This document shows, one piece after another, positions 16,018 through 24,753 of a stretch of 36,073 nt of DNA. Source of the DNA: a virus; the IMG/VR virus record IMGVR_UViG_3300045988_182789, positions 1 through 36,073 of that record; one strand, written 5' to 3'. Numbering within the stretch: position 1 is the stretch's first letter; every line of letters begins with the position of its first letter. The translations under genes were made by a program, and so were the position numbers. The notes under the pieces are model-generated. The model had not been told where the DNA came from, searched no databases, and saw only the letters and a program-made list of their open reading frames with translations.

Positions 16018-16449
16018 CTATACTCTCCCGGTATATTTTGACATAACGCTTTCCATGCTTTTTGCGGTAGCGTCAGCTGTAATGCCGGCGTCAATTTCTT
16101 TCACGGTTCGAGCTATGACATTTTTAAATGCAATCACATTTACACCTTGTCCGATAAGAACGCATAAAAGGATATCGTTTAACTGAAGTAAAATGGGCTG
16201 CAGCAACGTCAGTATCACATACATAGACGCCACTACGGTAACTCCATTTCCGAGTACTTTACCTAACTTACCCGCCATTTGCAACCCGACAACCATACAG
16301 ACAAGAACGCCTCCTATAGTCAGCGACCAGCCAGCTTGAGAAGTTGTTACAATATTCCTCCAATTTATGCCGACATACACTCCCATAGGCGCTAATTGCG
16401 ACAAAAAAGATCCGGTGCGCAAAATCGCAAGTTTAATCGTTTTGTTCAT
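16018..16449 (-). CDS. Multi-pass membrane protein (143 aa), holin or ejection-channel candidate
   Basis: Start moved to MNKTIKL (ATG 16449), which has GGAGGTG 7 nt upstream. Three to four hydrophobic helices. Confidence 0.6.
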   Translation of the reverse strand: MNKTIKLAILRTGSFLSQLAPMGVYVGINWRNIVTTSQAGWSLTIGGVLVCMVVGLQMAGKLGKVLGNGVTVVASMYVILTLLQPILLQLNDILLCVLIGQGVNVIAFKNVIARTVKEIDAGITADATAKSMESVMSKYTGRV

Positions 16450-16882
16450 CGTTAAGCACCTCCGCAATTTTTGCCGCCGTACCGTTTTTTACAGCCGCGT
16501 TATCTTGCCCCACAAGTAAAACAGCCGCGTCGCTTGCTTTTGATTTTATTTTTATAAGCCGATCTATGGCAATGCGCAGCTCTTCGTTCTCAGCTTTAAT
16601 AGACATGAAATCCGCCTTAAACTCTTCAAAAATCTTGTTCGTCTTGCTGTAAATATCTGCGACTTTAATATCTTTATCCGTAAGCGTCCCTATAGCCGAC
16701 TTTAATTTAGAAAATATAAAAGTCAATCCCGCGAATACGCTTATTATGCTTGTAACCAAAGGCAATACGACGCTGTTAATATCTTGTCCCAAAAAGCTTT
16801 CAAGCTCATTTTTAAATATTACGCAGCACACCGAGGCTCCGACCAAAAATACTACCGATAAAATTTTAATTGCCGTTTTCAT
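16433..16882 (-). CDS. Membrane protein with two TM helices and a coiled-coil tail (149 aa), holin-like candidate
   Basis: ILSVVFLVGASVCCVIF and LPLVTSIISVFAGLTFIF helices, then an amphipathic C-terminus. Confidence 0.55.
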   Translation of the reverse strand: MKTAIKILSVVFLVGASVCCVIFKNELESFLGQDINSVVLPLVTSIISVFAGLTFIFSKLKSAIGTLTDKDIKVADIYSKTNKIFEEFKADFMSIKAENEELRIAIDRLIKIKSKASDAAVLLVGQDNAAVKNGTAAKIAEVLNDEQND

Positions 16883-17438
16883 TTACAACTTCCTCCGAAA
16901 TATTAAATTCCTTCTTTGCCTGAGCCTTACACTCTTCGGCGTATGTATTGTATGCCGTAAATTCTTCGGGCTTTGTGTCCCGCTGCCGGAGTATCGCCAA
17001 TTCCTGTGAAACCGTATATTTCTTTCTTATCAACTGTTCGACATACGCCTCGTATTTCCACTGTAAGCTTTCTGGCGTGTTTCTTAACTCGTTTAGGTGT
17101 GCTTGATATTCAGTATCCGTTGGACTGGTGACTTCACCGTTGACGTATTGGGAATATCCTAATTTTAAATGCGCGATTTCGTCATAGAACAAATAAACCG
17201 GAGTATTAAACGCATCCTGTTCTTCCGTTGAATAGCCGACAATCACGTTATTGGATAATTCAAGATAATACCTATTCGGGTTAATTACATTTTCGCCTAT
17301 AAGTTTCGACTTACCCGGCACTATCTTGTCTAACTCCTCTTTCGGAATATCTATTACTACACCGCCGGCAGTATTATCGGGTATTGTGGTATCGACCAGA
17401 ACAATAATGTCGTTATTAGTCACAACGTAGGTTATCAT
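16866..17438 (-). CDS. Hypothetical protein (190 aa), possibly a fibre-assembly or accessory protein
   Basis: Start moved to MITYVV (ATG 17438) behind GAGGAGGAG. The 54-aa upstream extension in the track overlaps the fibre gene. Confidence 0.55.
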   Translation of the reverse strand: MITYVVTNNDIIVLVDTTIPDNTAGGVVIDIPKEELDKIVPGKSKLIGENVINPNRYYLELSNNVIVGYSTEEQDAFNTPVYLFYDEIAHLKLGYSQYVNGEVTSPTDTEYQAHLNELRNTPESLQWKYEAYVEQLIRKKYTVSQELAILRQRDTKPEEFTAYNTYAEECKAQAKKEFNISEEVVNENGN

Positions 17439-17452
17439 TAAATACTCCTCCT

Positions 17453-18229
17453 CTAATCTATTCTGATATAATCCAGCCAAGCGTTTTGAGTTCCGGCGCT
17501 TACCCACTTGCCCATAAGATATAATGTTACCGCATTGTTTCCCGTATTGCGGTATATCCTGGTACAACACGATACCGAGCCGAACACCGAAGCGCCGCAA
17601 ACCATTGTATATATCACCTGTCCCGTATCACTATTTGTACAAATAGCTATCTCTTTGCTGTTTGAAGCCGTCCACTCGCAAGACCCGCTCACAATAACGG
17701 TTTTACCGGCAGGGACGCTTACCGAACAGCCCGTATAAACCCATGCGTCAGCAGTAGAAGTTACGCTTTTTCTTACAGTCCCGCATTCCATATCGCCGAC
17801 CATAGCCAAAGTGCCGTTTTTATGAGGAATTGTAACATATACGTCTCCCTCATAGTTATACTTTTGCAAAGGTTGCAAATACGTACCGTCTCCGGCATAC
17901 ATCAGCTTAATAGGCGTTTGATCAAATACTTTAAGCGCAGTTATCGACTGAACCGTGTTTAACGTTACAACTCCTGCAGTAGAAATATCGCCGGTTTCTC
18001 CCTTTTCGCCTTGTGGCCCTCTTACGCTTCCGTATTTCGTCACACTATAAGATGAGGCAGCTATAGCGGTTATTCTGCACATATCTCCGTTTGCATTAAT
18101 TATCGTGTCTCCAACTAACGGATCGATATTTCCGCTTTGAACGGACGATTTCAAAATACTTGTATAACTAGTAGACGTAGAACCGAAAACTCCGCCGCCC
18201 TGTACTCTTCCTAAATTGATTGTAGACAT
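17453..18229 (-). CDS. Tail fibre protein with a short collagen-like segment (258 aa)
   Basis: Start MSTINLGRVQGGG (AAAGGAG ribosome-binding site). G-X-Y run GPQGEKGETGD. The N-terminus is paralogous to the 18240-19097 protein. Confidence 0.7.
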   Translation of the reverse strand: MSTINLGRVQGGGVFGSTSTSYTSILKSSVQSGNIDPLVGDTIINANGDMCRITAIAASSYSVTKYGSVRGPQGEKGETGDISTAGVVTLNTVQSITALKVFDQTPIKLMYAGDGTYLQPLQKYNYEGDVYVTIPHKNGTLAMVGDMECGTVRKSVTSTADAWVYTGCSVSVPAGKTVIVSGSCEWTASNSKEIAICTNSDTGQVIYTMVCGASVFGSVSCCTRIYRNTGNNAVTLYLMGKWVSAGTQNAWLDYIRID

Positions 18230-18239
18230 ATACACTCCT

Positions 18240-19097
18240 TTATTCAAAAGTTGCAATCAGTTCTCCACTTGTATTTATCGATAAACTTGGAGTTTTACCG
18301 TCCGAGCCGGCCGGCCCCGTATCACCTGTTGCACCCTTGTCGCCGGTTTCGCCTTTATCGCCGCGCGGAATTATAAAATTTAATACTGCTTCCGTCGCCG
18401 TGCCGCCGTTTGTAACCTGAGCAGTACTGCCTGCCGCCCCCGTATTTACCGTCCCGATAGTAATGCTTGCCGCCATACCGTCAGCGCCGTTTTCGCCCTT
18501 AATACCACGCGGAGCAATAAAAGTAACGGGCACGGACGAATTATCGGTTTTTTGAATGGTCAAAGTGTAAGATATGCCGTCAGATACGTTTGTTCCCCCG
18601 TCAATAGTCACAGCGGAAATACCCACACCCTGCTCGCCCTTAGCTCCCTGCTCGCCTTTAGCGCCCGTCTCGCCTTTTATACCCTGTGAACCCGACATAT
18701 CGGTAATGAAACCATAAGCCGCAGCGCCCTTAACATAGAGTTTTGCATTATCCGGATCGTTAACATTGCCGTTTTCAATAATGACAAAAGCACCCTCGGG
18801 CAATCCGTCAGTTGCAAATCCCGCATTCATTGCGCTAATCGAATTATAAGTTTTAGCAATACTGAAACCTTGTCCCTCAACGCCTTTTATGTTACCCTTC
18901 AAAACCCAAGTAAGCGTCTCGGAAACCGGCGCATATTGATATATATTGCCGTTTTCAATATTTAAATACAAATCAAGCTTCAACGGTATATAACCGGCCG
19001 ATGAAAGCGCGGCCGCTATGGCCGAGTTATCATCGGCTGTACCCGTGTACCACATTGAGCCTTTTACACGCCCCAAATTAACAGTTGTTGTCGCCAT
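18240..19097 (-). CDS. Collagen-like tail fibre protein (285 aa)
   Basis: Start MATTTVNLGRVKG. G-X-Y runs GIKGETGAKGEQGAKGEQG, GIKGENGADG and GDKGETGDKGATGDTGPAGSDGK. Confidence 0.75.
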   Translation of the reverse strand: MATTTVNLGRVKGSMWYTGTADDNSAIAAALSSAGYIPLKLDLYLNIENGNIYQYAPVSETLTWVLKGNIKGVEGQGFSIAKTYNSISAMNAGFATDGLPEGAFVIIENGNVNDPDNAKLYVKGAAAYGFITDMSGSQGIKGETGAKGEQGAKGEQGVGISAVTIDGGTNVSDGISYTLTIQKTDNSSVPVTFIAPRGIKGENGADGMAASITIGTVNTGAAGSTAQVTNGGTATEAVLNFIIPRGDKGETGDKGATGDTGPAGSDGKTPSLSINTSGELIATFE

Positions 19098-19110
19098 AAT
19101 ATTCTCCTTT

Positions 19111-19665
19111 TTAATAATTGATTTTAATCGACATGATTCCAAATTCGTCTATAAGATAATTTACGTTATTATCGGAAGCATCTGCTTTTACTAACAGCAA
19201 ATCTCCTTGAGATAAAGCAAAACTGTATATATCGTCGCCTTTTTCTCCTTTTTCGCCCGTATCGCCTTTATAGCCGCGCTCACCGCGTAAATTTTCAAAA
19301 ACAAAGTTTCCGTTGGGCCCGATACTAACTTTGGACGGATTTTCAACAGTAGCTTCATTGCCGGCATTTGCATAATCCGGCGCCAGCAATAATTTCTTAA
19401 CCTCAGCATAAGTAATTCCGTACTCTCTTGCTACTTCTGTCAAATCTTCGTTTATTTCAGCTACTATGCGATTAATTTCTTTTACAATATTGGTTTTACC
19501 CGATAGCGCGTCATCATTTTCCGATACGCCGGTTACATATTCCACCATTGCGCGTTTAACGTCAGCGGCAGTCTTTCCGGCTACAGAAGGATTGTCCGGT
19601 AATCCCAGCACGGAACTGTTGCGAAGTTTTCCTCTGGCTTCCTCACTGATTTTATTTACGCTCAT
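19111..19665 (-). CDS. Collagen-repeat structural protein (184 aa), fibre or fibre-connector
   Basis: GERGYKGDTGEKGEKGD triplet run; its start overlaps the upstream stop (TAATG). Confidence 0.6.
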   Translation of the reverse strand: MSVNKISEEARGKLRNSSVLGLPDNPSVAGKTAADVKRAMVEYVTGVSENDDALSGKTNIVKEINRIVAEINEDLTEVAREYGITYAEVKKLLLAPDYANAGNEATVENPSKVSIGPNGNFVFENLRGERGYKGDTGEKGEKGDDIYSFALSQGDLLLVKADASDNNVNYLIDEFGIMSIKINY

Positions 19666-22184
19666 TATCTTACGCCCCTCAACGGCTTGATTACCTTATA
19701 CTCAAACATAACATTGTTAACTGCGCAATCGCTCTTTGTGTTCGATAAAAATGCAAATCTTACGTAATTTGCATTCCTCAGTCTTACGCGTTTAACATTG
19801 TTTTGAGCAAATCTGTTTACCGTAAACGCTATGTTGCCAAAATTCAAGTCCCCAAACTCCGCAGCGTTTTCGCCGCTTCCTATATCTTCCAGCTTAAAAA
19901 CGCCTCTTGTCGGCGCATCTACCGTATAGGCTCCGGTGCCTTTATCGGTTCCGACCGATGCAGCATAACTAAATTGAACTTCACTTTCGTAATTCGGCTC
20001 TAAACCGATGCCGATACCCGTTAAAGTTTTGAGTAAATAATTTGCGCCTAAATCAATATACGGACTTTCCCAAAATGCCTTTACTGCCCGAAATTGACTT
20101 AATATTGCTGCTTGCGAAGTAACGGGTTTGTTAAAAGTAATTGTGCTGTTTTCCGTATCGACGCTTATTACCGTAGCCGTATCCAATAAATCCCCCGGTT
20201 CAAATTTATCCAACGCACTTCTACTGACGGCGCTTACATAACCTCCTGTTCCATCCGCAACGCTCACTCCGACCGTATTAGCAGAAATAGAAACTTTTAC
20301 AACGTCTGCAAAAATATTGTCGTTTCTCAATTTACATAACTTATTTTCCGCAGAAATATAACATAAAGAATTTTCAAATACAAAAAAAGCCTTCGCGCAT
20401 ATATCCCAGACAAACCATTCGTAATTGAACGTGTCGTCCATATCTTTATCCTCGGTATATCGATATCGGGCATCGGCAACATAAGTTTTGCTCCCGTCAG
20501 AAATGTATAATTTATTCTTATGGGAAAAACAACATGCTTCACTTAAATCCGCATTCATCAATTCAGGATTTATAGTGCCGCTTCGCTCCCGCATAAACCT
20601 GACATCTGAAGAAATATTTTGTTGCGTAACTATGCCAAACAAGCCCTCATCAGCTAAAAATACATAATCGTCGCTAAAGTTAAGCATACATCTGTCATTA
20701 ACAGCGCCGTAACCGGTTGCTCCGGCTTTAGAAATAAAGCTTTCTGTCTCTATCACGTTTTCATCGTTCACCTTTTTGTTAACTAAAATAGGCGTTATAT
20801 AATAAATACTTTTATCGCCGCTGTCGCTTATACTCTTACTGACGCCCAGCGTTCCGTCCGCTATTTTACACAAAGCCGTAACGGGACTTTCCGGGCTGCC
20901 GCACTTAATCACATTGCTTTCGGGGAAATAAGTATAATCATTTACCGCCGAATAAAACACATAATTTTCTTTTGCAAGAAACAATCTGTTTTCATTAGCC
21001 GCCGATCCGAAAATACAGTTAATATAAGCCTCTTCCAGTTTCCCGGCAAGCTCCATAGTCGCAGCGGTCACGCGCGCATATCCGTAAACGACGGCATTAT
21101 CCTGAAATACACCGTCGTCGTCTCTCATATACGGCGAACGCAAGTAAGGCAAGGCAGCTGTGTTCATAAAAAGATAATATAAATTTTTATTAGGATTTCT
21201 GGCTATGATAGCATCATAATCAGTATCGGGGATTATATCCGACCAATTAGCGTCATGAAACTTAAGCATCTGACCGCCATAATAATTAGCTCTATTGAAA
21301 GTTGCAACATCGCTTATATAAACTTGCTTCGGTATAAGATCAACATTATTGGTAAGCACTTTTCGTGACACGCAGCTAACAGTTTTTCCATTGTCATTCA
21401 CAATTTCTAGCGTTACGGTAAAGTGATCGCTTACCAGCTCTTCTCTAAAAGAGCTAATAAAGAAATCGCTTGTAAGTTCTATGCCGATTAGCTCTGCGGG
21501 TTCAAAAGGCGCGGAACCTATTTCATTGTAAAGTCCGTAATTTTTACTGTAATCGGTTGACGAGTTGTAATGTAATTTTTCCATGACCGGAGATACATAT
21601 TCAACAATTTCTCCCATTACAAAATTATAAGTAATTTCTCTTACATCCAATAAATTTATATCGTCCAGTCTTTCCCGCTTATTTTCCTCTCCAGGGCCTC
21701 CATTGATAGAAACAACCGGAGTATAAGCGCTTACGATTTCTGATAAGGAAATATCGTCGCCTTGCCTGTAAATGGTAAAAAGTTTGCCGTAATTAGACAA
21801 AAAATAAATTTCATTTTCTTTTTTTACAAATCTTCCGGTTAATCCTCCGTGTTTCAGCGAAGTCGTCTCCAATAGAGTTTCCGTTTCTCCGTCTTTGAAA
21901 TAATATACCCGTATAGTATCAGGAACCGCAAAAGTAGCTATGAATAATCCGTCGAACGCCGAAATAACATCAACTATATTTTCCGTTTCGTGAGGCGGAC
22001 AAAAAAACTCCTCCCAACCGTTTCGTTTATGCAAAACTCCGTCAGTCAAAACTAAGTTTTTTATTTGCGCAGCGCGATACGGTTTAATGTTAACAGGCGA
22101 AGAAGAGTAATCAACGCCCTTAAATCCATCTATAAACTTGTTTTTTCGTTCCGTTTGAACGAATGAAGGTACATTTATTCGCAT
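19665..22184 (-). CDS. Large tail structural protein (839 aa), nozzle / tail-tubular-B-like by size and position
   Basis: It follows a ~200-aa protein directly after the capsid gene. That pairing resembles the T7 gp11 (~200 aa) and gp12 (~800 aa) pair. No sequence motif was verified. Confidence 0.45.
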   Translation of the reverse strand: MRINVPSFVQTERKNKFIDGFKGVDYSSSPVNIKPYRAAQIKNLVLTDGVLHKRNGWEEFFCPPHETENIVDVISAFDGLFIATFAVPDTIRVYYFKDGETETLLETTSLKHGGLTGRFVKKENEIYFLSNYGKLFTIYRQGDDISLSEIVSAYTPVVSINGGPGEENKRERLDDINLLDVREITYNFVMGEIVEYVSPVMEKLHYNSSTDYSKNYGLYNEIGSAPFEPAELIGIELTSDFFISSFREELVSDHFTVTLEIVNDNGKTVSCVSRKVLTNNVDLIPKQVYISDVATFNRANYYGGQMLKFHDANWSDIIPDTDYDAIIARNPNKNLYYLFMNTAALPYLRSPYMRDDDGVFQDNAVVYGYARVTAATMELAGKLEEAYINCIFGSAANENRLFLAKENYVFYSAVNDYTYFPESNVIKCGSPESPVTALCKIADGTLGVSKSISDSGDKSIYYITPILVNKKVNDENVIETESFISKAGATGYGAVNDRCMLNFSDDYVFLADEGLFGIVTQQNISSDVRFMRERSGTINPELMNADLSEACCFSHKNKLYISDGSKTYVADARYRYTEDKDMDDTFNYEWFVWDICAKAFFVFENSLCYISAENKLCKLRNDNIFADVVKVSISANTVGVSVADGTGGYVSAVSRSALDKFEPGDLLDTATVISVDTENSTITFNKPVTSQAAILSQFRAVKAFWESPYIDLGANYLLKTLTGIGIGLEPNYESEVQFSYAASVGTDKGTGAYTVDAPTRGVFKLEDIGSGENAAEFGDLNFGNIAFTVNRFAQNNVKRVRLRNANYVRFAFLSNTKSDCAVNNVMFEYKVIKPLRGVR

Positions 22185-22202
22185 TATTTACTCCAATTAA
22201 AG

Positions 22203-22814
22203 TTATACAAATAAAACAGGCTGCACATATTCCTGCCGTCCGTTATCTTCACAAATAGCAAATAAATACTGCTCAAAATAACTCATTGCTGCCGACGCCG
22301 CGCCGGGTTCCTCATCCGCATAAAGTTCGCCTTTAATAAAATACGGTAAAATATGTCCGATTTCATCCGCAATATCAAGCTCGGCGCTATTCGGCGTATC
22401 ATACGTTATATACGGAGCTTTCTTATAGTATGTAAGTCTATAACTGAGTTTTGGGTTTATAAAGCGTCTGAGTTTTATTTTGTTTGACTCAACAATAAAA
22501 TTTATCGGCCGTTCTCCGCCGTTTTCATCTCGAATAAAAACTCTGTCGGCGCGACCGTAATCGGACAGTAACGACAAATCATACTCGCCCGACTCGTTAA
22601 GAGCCGTATTATTGAATAAAACATCTTTTTTACCCAGCTTGCCTTCGTTATACAAGCGCGTCATAGCACGGTTCAAGCTGCCGTTCATTGCGTAGAGATA
22701 GCTTCTGGCCGTATCGTCATTATAAAACGTATCAATATTAGTATTGTCGGCACCCATATATCCGATAATACTCATTAAGTTTAACGCTTCGGCTTTGATA
22801 TCTCCCAATTTCAT
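22203..22814 (-). CDS. Head-tail adaptor / tail-tubular-A-like protein (203 aa), positional call
   Basis: First gene after the major capsid gene, just upstream of the 839-aa tail protein. Confidence 0.4.
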   Translation of the reverse strand: MKLGDIKAEALNLMSIIGYMGADNTNIDTFYNDDTARSYLYAMNGSLNRAMTRLYNEGKLGKKDVLFNNTALNESGEYDLSLLSDYGRADRVFIRDENGGERPINFIVESNKIKLRRFINPKLSYRLTYYKKAPYITYDTPNSAELDIADEIGHILPYFIKGELYADEEPGAASAAMSYFEQYLFAICEDNGRQEYVQPVLFV

Positions 22815-22876
22815 AATTTACATTCTCCTTTGCCTTTCCGCCGAGTTGCACGGCACATACTCTCAAAGGCATAAAC

Positions 22877-22896
22877 GGGAAACGGAAAACCGTTTC
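22877..22896 (-). terminator. Hairpin just downstream of the capsid gene (partial terminator or mRNA stabiliser)
   Basis: GGAAACGG / CCGTTTCC 8-bp stem with a 4-nt loop, 13 nt after the capsid stop. The U-tract is weak. Confidence 0.4.
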
Positions 22897-22908
22897 CACG
22901 CTTGACCG

Positions 22909-23865
22909 TTAAACTGCAGCTATAGCAGACGTTACTTTTATGATTGCGTCATTATCCAGGACGGTTGCCGTAAAAAGATTTTTCCAACCTACTGATGCGC
23001 GTTGATTAAGCGGATCGTCTGTTCCGGACGAACCGAAATCTTTGGTTATTATATCCGGCTTTCCGGCGCCGCTTTCCATATCCACAACGCCATAACTATC
23101 GGCGCCGTAAATTATCGCGTCAGATGTATCGATTTTTGCGCTGGCTGCGCCGTGAGCGCCCGAGTCGGTCTTTAAAATTGTTTTGGCGTTGGTAGATTCC
23201 ATAAATCTCACACCGTGAAGTTCTCCGACTTCCCCCTTAAGCAGTTTTTTTATTGAGCCGTATTTTGCGGCGTCGATCCACCCGGTTTCTCCCATAAGAC
23301 TATAGGCTTGTGCGGGCGTTATTATCGCATGATAGTAGCCGTCCTCAAACCTGCGCGCATTTTTATTTTTAAGCTTAAGGACAACTTTCATAATATCTGC
23401 TTCTTTAAGAGTATCTGCAGCAGTGATAGTACCGGTTGCCTTATCGCCGGCAAAAACGACGTTTGTGGTCTTATACATAGCGTCCAATATTACGCTGTCT
23501 ATAAGCAACGCCGCTTGTTCTCCGCAAAGCAAAGAGCCCTCCGTAAGCGCCTTATCGATTCCCGTTTTAGCCAAAAGATCGGATATTACGACATAATCTC
23601 CATACTGCTTTGCTTCGGCCGTTATAGCGGTTACCGCCAGATTTTTTCCGTTAGGCGTAGTGCCTTCGGTAAGCGCCGACGTAGGAATAGCGAGCGAACT
23701 GAATTTACGGAAATTTACGGTCGTTCCGCTGTTCTTGGGTAAAATCGATTTCTGCGCGTCGTTATACGCGTGCAATGTGGGAAGCAAACGCTTCAAAAGA
23801 GCGCGCTCATAAAAAACTCTGTTTTCGGCTGTTAACGTGCCGATTGTATTTACTGTCTGTGCCAT
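22909..23865 (-). CDS. Major capsid protein (318 aa, HK97-fold type)
   Basis: Position after the scaffold gene. The pattern LPKNSGTTVNFRKF...LTEGTTPNG...AEAKQYGDYVVISD is typical of podophage (N4 gp56-like) capsid proteins, recalled from memory. Confidence 0.8.
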   Translation of the reverse strand: MAQTVNTIGTLTAENRVFYERALLKRLLPTLHAYNDAQKSILPKNSGTTVNFRKFSSLAIPTSALTEGTTPNGKNLAVTAITAEAKQYGDYVVISDLLAKTGIDKALTEGSLLCGEQAALLIDSVILDAMYKTTNVVFAGDKATGTITAADTLKEADIMKVVLKLKNKNARRFEDGYYHAIITPAQAYSLMGETGWIDAAKYGSIKKLLKGEVGELHGVRFMESTNAKTILKTDSGAHGAASAKIDTSDAIIYGADSYGVVDMESGAGKPDIITKDFGSSGTDDPLNQRASVGWKNLFTATVLDNDAIIKVTSAIAAV

Positions 23866-23886
23866 AATTTTAACTCCTTATTTAAT

Positions 23887-24753
23887 TTAAATTTTTTCCT
23901 CGCCTCTTAATACCGCTTTTAGTTTACGTTCAAAATCCGCGTCGGACATTTCACCGTAACTAATCGAAGCGGTTTCCGAAGAAGACAGCGAGCCGGGCGA
24001 GGCCTTTGATTTCGCCATCTCCATTTGTAATTTTCTTTCCGCTTGTCTCTCAAATTCAGCGTTTAACGATATAAAGTCGCTATATATTTCACTCATAGAC
24101 GAAACGCCGATTCTCCCACGTGCAAACAGCTGAAAACTACCGTCCCGTGCAAGTTTAGCAATATCTACGTCGGGATATTCTTTAAGGAATTTTATTCTAT
24201 CGTCCTCAAACCACTTTTTCTTATTCTCCGCAGATATTTCCGCTGTCCTTAGTTTACTTTGCTGCTTGCGTTTCTCTTTAGCGTACCGATGATAATCACT
24301 GATAGGATCGCCGCCTGTTTTATCTATATCGCGCATCAAAATATACTCGTCAATATCGGCATCATCCTCAATGGTTTCACCTGTATAAGGGTTAACGCCG
24401 CCAACCGCATCTGTTAGCCCTTTTCTATACGCTTTTTCCTCAGCCGCCTTTCTTTCCCGCTCCAGGGCAGTTTTTTTGTCGCGTTCCCGCCTCATGCGCG
24501 CCTGTTCAGAATCTTTACCAAATTCTTTTTTGTTTGTCTCGGAATTTACTTCTCCGGACTGCCCGGAATCTTTCTGAACTTGCTCGGCGTCACCAGAACC
24601 ATTGTTTACAGCGTCTGCCGTATATTCGGCAAACTCCGCATCGCTAACATTTTCCGATGCGTCTACCTGCTTTTCTTCGTCGGGTTCAGCGTTTCCGACC
24701 TGCACCGATTCATTCTCCGTGCTTGTTTGCGCTGTCAATTTTTCCTCTTCCAT
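23887..24753 (-). CDS. Scaffolding protein (288 aa)
   Basis: Acidic N-terminus, K/E/R-rich coiled coil, located between the portal and capsid genes. Confidence 0.65.
   Translation of the reverse strand: MEEEKLTAQTSTENESVQVGNAEPDEEKQVDASENVSDAEFAEYTADAVNNGSGDAEQVQKDSGQSGEVNSETNKKEFGKDSEQARMRRERDKKTALERERKAAEEKAYRKGLTDAVGGVNPYTGETIEDDADIDEYILMRDIDKTGGDPISDYHRYAKEKRKQQSKLRTAEISAENKKKWFEDDRIKFLKEYPDVDIAKLARDGSFQLFARGRIGVSSMSEIYSDFISLNAEFERQAERKLQMEMAKSKASPGSLSSSETASISYGEMSDADFERKLKAVLRGEEKI

Noticed and set aside
17453-19665. Diversity-generating retroelement targeting the fibre genes
   Set aside because: No reverse transcriptase ORF (no YxDD-containing protein) is present. I found no template/variable repeat pair with A-specific mismatches near the fibre C-termini.
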